From positions 1-57,294 of IMG/VR virus record IMGVR_UViG_3300047457_001216: DNA of 57,294 bases. The stretch is one strand, 5' to 3'. Of this stretch, positions 1 through 8,013 are shown piece by piece. Under the pieces are notes generated by a model that was not told where the DNA came from, ran no database searches, and was given only the letters and a program-made list of their open reading frames with translations. The position numbers and the translations under genes were made by a program. Source of the stretch: a virus (lineage: Duplodnaviria; Caudoviricetes). Each line of letters starts with the position of its first letter. Within the stretch, counting starts at the first letter, position 1.

Positions 1-59
1 CGGGGATCCCGGCCCACGGCCCCACGGGGATCCCGGCCCACGGCCCCACGGGGATCCCG
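1..59. repeat. 24-bp tandem repeat (CGGGGATCCCGGCCCACGGCCCCA), ~2.5 copies, begins at window edge
   Basis: Exact copies at 1-24 and 25-48, partial at 49-59; each contains palindrome GGGATCCC. Confidence 0.95.
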
Positions 60-257
60 AAGGGTAGTAAAATTCCCACCATAGCGCCAAACGCCCCAGG
101 ATCGCTCAGGATTGCTTCCGTCATCCGTACGGGTAAAGTATCGGATTTTAGATCGGATCGAGTCCTGCGCAATTCAGCCTAAAATCAAATGTTCACTACT
201 GCACAGTTCGATATTTGGCATGATATTTGCTGGCCAGGAATTCTGGCGATAGGATGA

Positions 258-286
258 TTGACACCGCCACCAATGGCCGATACAGT
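258..286 (+). promoter_or_regulatory. sigma70-type early promoter
   Basis: TTGACA(258-263)-N17-TACAGT(281-286) upstream of first + strand gene. Confidence 0.75.
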
Positions 287-333
287 CTGTACTCCGGTTA
301 CTTTTCATTCACGCAAACGACGGAAGCGGAAAC

Positions 334-591
334 ATGCTGACACGATCCCAGATCGAAGACGTAGCAGGGAGCCTGGAAGCGAACGAACCAGACTACGACG
401 CGAAAACGGTAGATATCTCATTCTATTTGTACGTGCAAAGCATCCAGGACACCCCGGAACACGTTAACCAGGTCAGAGCATACTTGACGGGTGACGTTGA
501 CCCATTCCAGCAGATAGCAGCGCTCGAAACCGAGATTTCCCGACTGCAGGCGGAACTGTTCCGGCTGCGGATGAATCTCGCGAACAATTGA
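334..591 (+). CDS. hypothetical early protein with C-terminal coiled coil
   Basis: 85-aa ORF just after promoter; protein-like composition. Confidence 0.75.
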   Translation: MLTRSQIEDVAGSLEANEPDYDAKTVDISFYLYVQSIQDTPEHVNQVRAYLTGDVDPFQQIAALETEISRLQAELFRLRMNLANN

Positions 592-654
592 CACCACACC
601 ACCCCCCCCCGATTGTTTCGGGGGGGATTCTTCAACCCCGAACGGAGGAAACCA

Positions 655-903
655 GTGAACAGAAGACAGCTCGAAGAACAGGTAGCGTCAGTGTGGGCGA
701 GAAAAGTTCACCCGTCGGCGCAGCTTTTCCGGTGGTTGCCGATCGGCAGCCGGTTCCGTTTCGTCACAGCTGACGAGAGCAACCCCGGGAATTACGTATT
801 CACGATTCCCACGTACACGAAGACGGCCAGCGGATGGTACGAAACGCTCAGCGGACAGAAGCTCCGGACTTCCCCGCTCGCAGCGGTTCTGCCGATTCAA
901 TGA
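655..903 (+). CDS. hypothetical early protein
   Basis: GTG at 655 with GGAGG RBS after intergenic hairpin. Confidence 0.7.
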   Translation: MNRRQLEEQVASVWARKVHPSAQLFRWLPIGSRFRFVTADESNPGNYVFTIPTYTKTASGWYETLSGQKLRTSPLAAVLPIQ

Positions 904-1002
904 AAGCACCACAGCGCCCCCGATTGTTTCGGGGGCGCATTCCCCGGAATTCAGGGTAGAGTTATCCTGAATTCCACAAACCTAGTTGAGAGGATTCGAC
1001 GA

Positions 1003-1401
1003 ATGAGCACAGCACTTACAGCAGCCCAGCACCAGAAGCACGCCCGCGCTATTGTGAAACACACTATCGCGGTCAGGGAGCTTGCAACGCAGCTCGCAGA
1101 AGCGGAAGCAGCGCAGCAGGCTGCCGAAGAAACCGCACGCGCCGCCGGTTTCCATTCTGGTGTGGTGGAATACAAGGGTACATCGTATTCCATCGCCACC
1201 ACCAGCACCCAGAAGTTCAGCCTCAGCGCAGACGATGCCGACCTGGTGAAGTTTGCCCGCGCCCACGGACTGAAGACCACCGCGCCCAAACCGGAGAGCT
1301 GCAGTTCTGCAACAATCCGCGCCGCAGCGCTCAAAGGAATCGACGTCAGCCAGGTGGCAGACATCACGACTCAGGAAGTTTACGCCGTTTCCGTTCACTG
1401 A
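1003..1401 (+). CDS. hypothetical early protein
   Basis: 132-aa ORF, GAGAGG RBS, bounded by hairpins. Confidence 0.75.
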   Translation: MSTALTAAQHQKHARAIVKHTIAVRELATQLAEAEAAQQAAEETARAAGFHSGVVEYKGTSYSIATTSTQKFSLSADDADLVKFARAHGLKTTAPKPESCSSATIRAAALKGIDVSQVADITTQEVYAVSVH

Positions 1402-1473
1402 AGACCCGAAGGCCGGCCGGATTGTCCGGCCGGCCGTTTCATCATCAACCCCCCAACAGGGAGCCGAAGACCA

Positions 1474-2082
1474 ATGACGACCGAAACCACCACCACAACC
1501 CCGGAAACCGAGCCGGAGAAACTCGGCACCATGAATCGCAGGGCGCAGAAATTCGCGCGGCTCGAAGACTGGAAACCCACCACGATTGAGCGCCTGGTAG
1601 CGTCAGATATCGCCAGCAAACACACCCGCGCAGCCGACCAGCTGCGCGGGGGAGCTGATGCAGGCTGGCTGGTGGCCCCGCACTACGCAATCGCTGAGGG
1701 TAGCTGGGATCGGTACAGCCTGGGGAAACTCATGGCTGGTGACCGATTGGACGCGGGGAAGATGATTGACTGGCTGCGCGATTGTCTCACCGAAGGCCAG
1801 ACCGAAGGTCAGGATGTTTTGATCGGGCTTCCAACCATCGACTGGACAGCAGATGCAGACACCGTGCACAACGGAGCATTCTACACCACGTTCAGCGGTC
1901 AGTTTCTTGTCCCGATTCTGGACTTGGACGGGCAGCATATCCTGAATGTAAACGCCCGACGGTTCTTGACCCTGGACAAGCACATTCGGAACTGCACAGG
2001 ATACCGCGCAACGGCCGACAAGCTTTATTGGATGCAGGGCGAAAGCGCCGTCGCCGTCCTAATGTCAGTCGGTGAAGTCTGA
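1474..2082 (+). CDS. hypothetical early protein
   Basis: 202-aa ORF, AGGGAG RBS, bounded by hairpins. Confidence 0.75.
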   Translation: MTTETTTTTPETEPEKLGTMNRRAQKFARLEDWKPTTIERLVASDIASKHTRAADQLRGGADAGWLVAPHYAIAEGSWDRYSLGKLMAGDRLDAGKMIDWLRDCLTEGQTEGQDVLIGLPTIDWTADADTVHNGAFYTTFSGQFLVPILDLDGQHILNVNARRFLTLDKHIRNCTGYRATADKLYWMQGESAVAVLMSVGEV

Positions 2083-2161
2083 CAGACAGGAACCAACACC
2101 GAACCCAGGGGCGCCCAGTGTTGGGCGCCCCGTTTCATTCCACCCCGAACAGGGAGCCATC

Positions 2162-2995
2162 ATGCTACTACTCAGTCCCCCATCGTCGAACGTGAAACTA
2201 TCCAAGACACAAGCAAACACTCAGACCCTGGTTTACGGGCTTTCACTGGCAGCGCATAGCCTCGCAGCGCAGGAGGTTAAACGGCGCACCGGTGAATCCG
2301 GGTTTAGCACGTGCCCAGACTCCACGCCCGGTTGCCGCGCCGCTTGCTGCGTCAGCGCATCAGCACAAGGCCAGCTCAATTCAGTCCAGGAATCCCGGAA
2401 CCGCAAAACGGTATTCCTACAGACACACCGCCAGGAGTTTGTTCGCATCCTGAAGTCTGAAATTCAGCAGCAGATCGACAAGGCAGCATACCACGGCTAC
2501 CAGGTCCGTTTCCGTTTGAACGTTGACAGCTCGATTCCCTGGCATGCCGAGGAATACGGACAGATTCCCCAGTCATTCCCGGAGCAGCTTTTCTACGACT
2601 ACCACCCACTGCGGGCATTGAACAGCCGGAAGCACTGGAAACTTTCCGACATTCCCAGCAATCTGCGGATTTGTTGGAGCCGGAAAGAGTCTGACAGCTG
2701 GCATGCAGTCGAAAGCGCCATTGCGGACCTGCAGTCCGTCGCAGTCGTTTTCCACGATGATCAGCCCCACCGATCAGGGCGAGGAGCCTATGCGCAACAA
2801 CTGCCCCGCTTCGTGGAGTTGCCGAGCTTAGGGCGCTGGCCCGTAGTCGATGGCGACCATAGCGACGACCGGACCGAAGACCCGCGCGGATTGTTGATAG
2901 GACTTCGCCTCAAATCCCGCTCAGAGCAGATCAGATCGGCAGCAATCCGAACCGGTTTCAGCGTTCCGACGTCGGCGGCCCCCTGCATTCTCTGA
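2162..2995 (+). CDS. GP88-like (gene product 88 family) Cys-cluster protein
   Basis: Motifs N-x-KL-x-K, CPDSTPGCRAACC, RLNVDS, FYDY, VAVVF, VVDGDHSD-x-R-xx-DP, IGLRLK; AGGGAG RBS before ATG 2162. Confidence 0.75.
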   Translation: MLLLSPPSSNVKLSKTQANTQTLVYGLSLAAHSLAAQEVKRRTGESGFSTCPDSTPGCRAACCVSASAQGQLNSVQESRNRKTVFLQTHRQEFVRILKSEIQQQIDKAAYHGYQVRFRLNVDSSIPWHAEEYGQIPQSFPEQLFYDYHPLRALNSRKHWKLSDIPSNLRICWSRKESDSWHAVESAIADLQSVAVVFHDDQPHRSGRGAYAQQLPRFVELPSLGRWPVVDGDHSDDRTEDPRGLLIGLRLKSRSEQIRSAAIRTGFSVPTSAAPCIL

Positions 2996-3008
2996 CATCA
3001 CGAAGCAC

Positions 3009-3041
3009 GCCCCGCAGCTTTCACGGCTGCGGGGCTCTTTT
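3009..3041 (+). terminator. rho-independent terminator ending left early operon
   Basis: GCCCCGCAGC-tttcacg-GCTGCGGGGC then TCTTTT. Confidence 0.8.
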
Positions 3042-3080
3042 GTTGCTGGTGTTATGGTGTGATCGGACGAACACCCGATC

Positions 3081-3429
3081 GGCATCGGCCGTCATGAGCT
3101 CCGGATGCCATCGGCATCGGCCGTCATGAGCTCCGGATGCCATCGGCATCGGCCGTCATGAGCTCCGGATGCCATCAGCATCGGCCGTCATGAGCTCCGG
3201 ATGCCATCGGCATCGGCCGTCATGAGCTCCGGATGCCATCGGCATCGGCCGTCATGAGCTCCGGATGCCATCGGCATCGGCCGTCATGAGCTCCGGATGC
3301 CACGGCATCGGCCGTCAGGAGCTCCGGATGCCACGGCATCGGCCGTCAGGAGCTCCGGATGCCATCGGCATCGGCCGTCATGAGCTCCGGATGCCATCGG
3401 CATCGGCCGTCATGAGCTCCGGATGCCAC
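3081..3429. repeat. 32-bp tandem repeat x11 (GGCATCGGCCGTCATGAGCTCCGGATGCCATC)
   Basis: 11 contiguous copies without spacers; variants: A at start of copy 4, CAGG for CATG in copies 8-9, 1-nt deletion in copies 7, 8, 11. Confidence 0.97.
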
Positions 3430-3531
3430 GCGCAACCCCGCCGGAAATATCCCAGGCGACGCGGGATACTTTACCCCCTCCCCCGTAGGATCAAAAAAAC
3501 AAAAAACAATGTTCTACCTTTTTCCTAATCC

Positions 3532-3540
3532 TGTTATGAT
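3532..3540 (+). promoter_or_regulatory. extended -10 promoter element
   Basis: TGtTATGAT in AT-rich stretch upstream of the operon starting at 3590. Confidence 0.45.
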
Positions 3541-3589
3541 AGGATCAGTGTGTGTTTGATCATTTTTTTGTGTGAGGGAGGGTGAGACG

Positions 3590-3913
3590 ATGGCGGAGCG
3601 GGTGTGTGGGAATTGCAGGTGGTGGCAGAGCGATCAGCACGCGACTGGATCGTGCATGAGGAATCCACCGCAACGGATTGCTAATCAGCAGTACGACGAG
3701 TGGCCAAGGACGCACGCAACAGACCGCTGCGGCGAGTGGGCAGACGCCAGCATTACGGCGGAGCAGGAGGAGCGTCGGCAGTTTGTGCGGCAGATATTTC
3801 TGGCGATGACTGCATCAGAATGGGGCGCCAGCTACAGCGAGGATGACATGTGGAAACTCGCTGGAAAACTGGCAGCAGCAGAGCCACAGATTCAGAGTGA
3901 GGGCGGCAAATGA
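3590..3913 (+). CDS. hypothetical Cys-rich metal-binding phage protein
   Basis: CGNCRWW...C-x-RNPP...WP...CGEW pattern; GGAGG RBS. Confidence 0.8.
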   Translation: MAERVCGNCRWWQSDQHATGSCMRNPPQRIANQQYDEWPRTHATDRCGEWADASITAEQEERRQFVRQIFLAMTASEWGASYSEDDMWKLAGKLAAAEPQIQSEGGK

Positions 3914-4281
3914 CCCGCAACAGAGACGGACACAAGCCGATTACCCGGCGCGAGGACTGCAGTGAGCGACAGGCAATCTGCTGGGAGCTGATTGCGTGGT
4001 GGTGTGGTACGCACAACGTCAGGCGCATCTATCCATGTGGAACCGGCGGACTGCAGTTCTGTATCCACACAGAAATCAGCACATACGACTGCGACAAACT
4101 GACAAAACTGGTACTGCTGGCGCACGCGATGCGCGTGCGGGTGCAGGTGTCGGGCGCGTCAAATAACTATCTGCGCGTGGTGTTGCATGCGCGTGAGGCG
4201 ACAGGCGGCTTTGCGCAGCGGCATCCGGGGCTGGTGGATTTGGCGCAGATGGCGGAATCTGAGTACACACAGACACGATGA
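3910..4281 (+). CDS. hypothetical phage protein
   Basis: ATGA overlap; STYD...LTKLVLLAH...RV motif. Confidence 0.75.
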   Translation: MTRNRDGHKPITRREDCSERQAICWELIAWWCGTHNVRRIYPCGTGGLQFCIHTEISTYDCDKLTKLVLLAHAMRVRVQVSGASNNYLRVVLHAREATGGFAQRHPGLVDLAQMAESEYTQTR

Positions 4282-4294
4282 GGGAGAATGAGCA

Positions 4295-4459
4295 GTGAGC
4301 GACGAACGGCAGGCACTTCCGGGGAATTTGCTGAATGCAGTGTTATGGCTGATTGATGCGATCCAAGGCGTGCAAGACTGGAAAGGCACAAATGTCGGCG
4401 ATGCAATTGACGCAGTAGAGGCGCAGTTGTGGAGCACAAAGAAGGAGGTGCAGCAGTGA
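4295..4459 (+). CDS. hypothetical 54-aa protein (absent from ORF track)
   Basis: Hand-translated MSDERQALPGNLLNAVLWL...KKEVQQ; fills gap; GTGA overlap with next gene. Confidence 0.65.
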   Translation: MSDERQALPGNLLNAVLWLIDAIQGVQDWKGTNVGDAIDAVEAQLWSTKKEVQQ

Positions 4460-4791
4460 GCGACGAACAGACACAGACAATCATTGCCTACGTGGAAACG
4501 TCAGAGTCTTGCGGGCGGAAGTTCCTGCATGGATACGTTTTGCGAGCCATTGGAAAATGGGTCGAGTTAGAGCATGAGCAACAGGGCCGGCTGCTGGAGG
4601 ATTGGGCCATCACAGAGACACCGCCTCACTCCAACTGCATCATGGTTTGGCGAGGCGTTTGCGAAAACGAATGGAGCGCATGCCTTGGTGGTGATTGGGA
4701 GCCGCGATTGTATGGGCAATGGGCCAGCCCAACGGCGGAGGAATTGATGTCATTGTCAGAACCACAGATTCAGAGGGAGGAAGGCAAGTGA
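4456..4791 (+). CDS. hypothetical protein
   Basis: AAGGAGG RBS, GTG start, coupled to both neighbours. Confidence 0.75.
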   Translation: MSDEQTQTIIAYVETSESCGRKFLHGYVLRAIGKWVELEHEQQGRLLEDWAITETPPHSNCIMVWRGVCENEWSACLGGDWEPRLYGQWASPTAEELMSLSEPQIQREEGK

Positions 4792-6296
4792 ACAACGAAC
4801 AGCAGACACAGCAGGCAGACGACCCGAGCGGGCCGGGGTGGCGGGATGTGACGACCGGCGGCGTTACGCAGGACGGCGACATGGTTCGCTGCGACGACAA
4901 TTTTCCCCTCGGACCATGGGTATTGGCCGAGCCGGGTGAGACAGTGACCGACGACGACGTTGTGCGCCGACGCATCGAGCCACAGCCAGAGCCACAGCCG
5001 AGCCCAGACGACCCGAGCGGCGATGGCTGGCGTGATGTCCGGCCGGATGAAATTCTGCAGGCTGACGACATGGCGCAGTGGGATCACGGGTGGAGCAGAG
5101 CACGAGTGCCCGGTATAATAGCGGGTTCTTATCCGCGATACCGCCGACGCATCGAGCAACAGCCAGAGCCGCAGCCGAGCCCAGACGACCCGAGCGGCGA
5201 GGGGTCGTCTGTCGATACGCTTCCGGATCCACCATTCACCCCAGACGACACGAGCGGTCCGGCATTAACGTGGCTTGATGTTGAGGTCGGTGACAAGTTG
5301 CGGTACGGCGACATTTTCCGTGCCTTTGGCAAATGGAAATACACTAAAAACATTGGCGTCACGGTGTCTGAGGAATGGAAGGGGAAATACCGAAGGATCG
5401 GCCCACACCCGCCACAGCCACAGGCAAAACCAGACGACCCGAGCGGCGATGGGTGGCGTTGGGTGCGGCAAGGTGAGACACTGGAATTGCATGACATGAT
5501 GCAGGCTGAGGGTGAATGGTGGCCGACAAAAAACGCAGGACAGACATGCTCGAAGGAAGGAATGTACCGTCGACGCATCGATCCACAGCAGCCGAGCGAC
5601 AGCGAGCCGGAGACGATGGAGCAGTTGCGGAAACGGCTGGATGCGGCTGTGCGGCAAAATGTCGAGTTGGCGGATAGGCTGGCGAATGAGCGACGAAGCA
5701 AGACTGCGCACCAGAGGATTGCCAAGGCAAGCGTATCGCGAGCACAGGAGGCCGAGGCACTGGTGGCTGAGGCCGAGCGATCCGGCCAGCAAGTCAACGC
5801 CGAGCTACAGCAGTTGAAGGAGCAGGTGCGAGACCTTACGCGGCAGGCTCAGTTTGATGCGGTGGAGATGCAGAATTTGCGGGATCAGCTCCACGAGTCG
5901 CAGCGAACGGCGCAGCGGTATCGCAACCAGCTTGAGGGAGCGTGGGAGCATGCGCCGAAGGGTCCGCGTAATTTCCGTGAGCGGATGGTATTGGAGAAGT
6001 TTCGAGCGTTTGTGGAGGCGCAGGAGGACGATCCGTTGACGTTTGGGTATGTGCAGTTGCGTGCCACGGACCCTCAGGTTTTGGGATGTTCGGAGTTCGT
6101 TGTAGAGTCTTGGCATCAGGATGTCGGTGGTGGCCGTTTGTCTGAGTGTGTGCGTGTGTTTCTGAGGCACTATGCGTCGGAGGAGGACCAAGAGTCTAGG
6201 AAAGAGATCAGTGCTCGGACGTATTTTCATGTGAAGACGGTGGGCGACTACGAGCGTCTGCTGTCGTTGCTGGGGATTGGGGGACAGACGGAGTGA
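4788..6296 (+). CDS. protein with four diverged DDPSG-x-GW repeat domains plus coiled coil
   Basis: Repeats DDPSG.GWR.V...RRRI.PQP; GTGA overlaps at both ends. Confidence 0.85.
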   Translation: MNNEQQTQQADDPSGPGWRDVTTGGVTQDGDMVRCDDNFPLGPWVLAEPGETVTDDDVVRRRIEPQPEPQPSPDDPSGDGWRDVRPDEILQADDMAQWDHGWSRARVPGIIAGSYPRYRRRIEQQPEPQPSPDDPSGEGSSVDTLPDPPFTPDDTSGPALTWLDVEVGDKLRYGDIFRAFGKWKYTKNIGVTVSEEWKGKYRRIGPHPPQPQAKPDDPSGDGWRWVRQGETLELHDMMQAEGEWWPTKNAGQTCSKEGMYRRRIDPQQPSDSEPETMEQLRKRLDAAVRQNVELADRLANERRSKTAHQRIAKASVSRAQEAEALVAEAERSGQQVNAELQQLKEQVRDLTRQAQFDAVEMQNLRDQLHESQRTAQRYRNQLEGAWEHAPKGPRNFRERMVLEKFRAFVEAQEDDPLTFGYVQLRATDPQVLGCSEFVVESWHQDVGGGRLSECVRVFLRHYASEEDQESRKEISARTYFHVKTVGDYERLLSLLGIGGQTE

Positions 6297-7723
6297 CCTT
6301 ACAGATCAGCCAGAAGCAGTATGAGTTGCTGAGCAGTCCTGCGGACTGGGTGCTGTTCGGTGGCGCTGCGGGTGGGGGGAAATCGTATGCGTTGATGCTG
6401 GACATGCTCAGGCATTGTCAGGGGCCTCACGGGCAGTCGTTGTTCCGTGGGGCGATTTATCGCCAGACGTTCCCGCAGTTGAGTCAGAGTGGTGGTTTGA
6501 TTGACCAGACGAAGCTGATTTATGGTGGTCTGGGTGCGGTTTACAACCACACGGCGAACGAGCATCGGTTCCCGGTGGGCGCGAAGGTGAGTCTGAACAC
6601 TTTGGACCAGCCCAAGAAGCTGCAGGGGTATCTGGGCGCTCAGTTTGACTCATTGGCGATTGATGAGGCGAACCAGTTTGAGCAGAAAGCGGTGCTTTTT
6701 CTGTGGGCGAGGTGTCGAAGTCAGTGCGGGATACGGCCGACGCTGCGGATGACGTCGAATCCGGACCACGACAGTTGGTTGTTTCCGCTGGTATCGTGGT
6801 ATTTGGACGATGAGGGGTACCCGAGACGCGAGTTGAGCGGGAAAATCCGTCATTTTATGGTGAAAGAGGAGCGTTTTCAGTGGTTTGACGAGCCTCAGTA
6901 CGAGGTAAACCCGGAAACGGGGCTGGTGGAGCAGGTGACGAACACGTTTGCGTTCATCCCGGCAAAATTGAGTGACAATCAGGCGTTGCAGAGGAGCGAC
7001 CCGACGTATCGGAAGCGTCTGATGCAGTTGTCGGAGCAGGAGAGGGAGCGGTATTTGGAGGGATGCTGGCTGGCGAGCAGCCGGACGGGTCAGGAGTGGC
7101 CGAGGGAGTGCTTCCAGGACGTGACGGTGACGCGGGATCAGTGGCCTAAGGAGGAGCATGCGGGGGACAGTGTGCGGATGTTCGCGGTGGACCCGAGCAA
7201 GGGGAAGAATGAGAAGTCGGGAGACTATTCGGCGATTGTGTGTCTGACGCAGACGCGGGAGTTGAAGTACGTGGATGCGGATCTGGCGAGGCGGCCGCCG
7301 GGTCAGATTGTGGAGGATTTGTTCCGGTTTTGTGAGGATCCGTTGCATCGGGTGCGGAGTGGGGATCTGGTGGGGATCGAAGCGACGGCGTTTCAGGAGG
7401 TGATGCGGGATCTGGTGTACCAGTATGCTGCGGATCACGGTCAGATGGCGTTGAGTCAGTATTTGTTGAGCGGGAATCCGCTGATACCGGTGAAGGACAT
7501 GCTGAAGAAGGAGATGCGGATCCGGAGGCTCGACGGTCCGATCCGGCGGCGGGAGTTGCGGTTTTTGGACACGCCCGGGACGCTGTTGCTGTTGAGTCAG
7601 TTGCGAAATTTTGACGGGATACCGGCGAGGGGTAAGCACGACGACGGTCCGGATGCGTTGGATCAGTGTCAGCAGTTGCCGTTGGCGCTGCAGCGGTACT
7701 GGGAAGAGATGCGGAAACAGTGA
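6293..7723 (+). CDS. terL: terminase large subunit
   Basis: Walker A GGAAGGGKS, Walker B LAIDEA, TSNP coupling motif, nuclease motifs AVDPS, GDYSA, HDDGPDA. Confidence 0.96.
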   Translation: MTLQISQKQYELLSSPADWVLFGGAAGGGKSYALMLDMLRHCQGPHGQSLFRGAIYRQTFPQLSQSGGLIDQTKLIYGGLGAVYNHTANEHRFPVGAKVSLNTLDQPKKLQGYLGAQFDSLAIDEANQFEQKAVLFLWARCRSQCGIRPTLRMTSNPDHDSWLFPLVSWYLDDEGYPRRELSGKIRHFMVKEERFQWFDEPQYEVNPETGLVEQVTNTFAFIPAKLSDNQALQRSDPTYRKRLMQLSEQERERYLEGCWLASSRTGQEWPRECFQDVTVTRDQWPKEEHAGDSVRMFAVDPSKGKNEKSGDYSAIVCLTQTRELKYVDADLARRPPGQIVEDLFRFCEDPLHRVRSGDLVGIEATAFQEVMRDLVYQYAADHGQMALSQYLLSGNPLIPVKDMLKKEMRIRRLDGPIRRRELRFLDTPGTLLLLSQLRNFDGIPARGKHDDGPDALDQCQQLPLALQRYWEEMRKQ

Positions 7724-7746
7724 GACACAGGCAGAGGGAGTGAGTG

Positions 7747-8013
7747 ATGCCAAGGGGCGGTTGTGCGGGCTGTGGGATACCGAGCCCTGTCGAGGATGCG
7801 TTGACGGTGCTGACGTGGGTGTGTGCGGCGGGGTGGTCGCTGGTGCCTCAGGCGGGGCAGGTGAGTCCTGTGGCTCCGGGGAGCATGACAAGCCGGGCGC
7901 GTCGGGTTGTGCCATTTGCTGCGTCTCGTGATATGCTGCGTGGCTGGGAGACCGGACACGAGAGCATGGGGAGCCTGACAGATGGGTCGTCGCAGGGGTC
8001 GGAGAGAGCCTGA
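7747..8013 (+). CDS. possible small hypothetical protein between terL and portal (frame uncertain)
   Basis: GAGGGAG upstream, N-terminal CxxC; an alternative Cys/Gly-rich frame 7740-7931 also exists. Confidence 0.3.
   Translation: MPRGGCAGCGIPSPVEDALTVLTWVCAAGWSLVPQAGQVSPVAPGSMTSRARRVVPFAASRDMLRGWETGHESMGSLTDGSSQGSERA

Larger units (their letters stand above)
603..2160 (+). repeat. dispersed intergenic hairpin modules between left-arm genes
   Basis: Hairpins at ~605-626, 914-938, 1411-1435, 2108-2131 with ATTGT/AGTGT-type loops; three followed by ACCCC..AAC..GGAG. Confidence 0.8.

Noticed and set aside
3081-3429. CRISPR array
   Set aside because: Units are contiguous with no unique spacers, and no cas genes were seen
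3265-3528. 87-aa ORF
   Set aside because: Translation of the tandem repeat; no RBS
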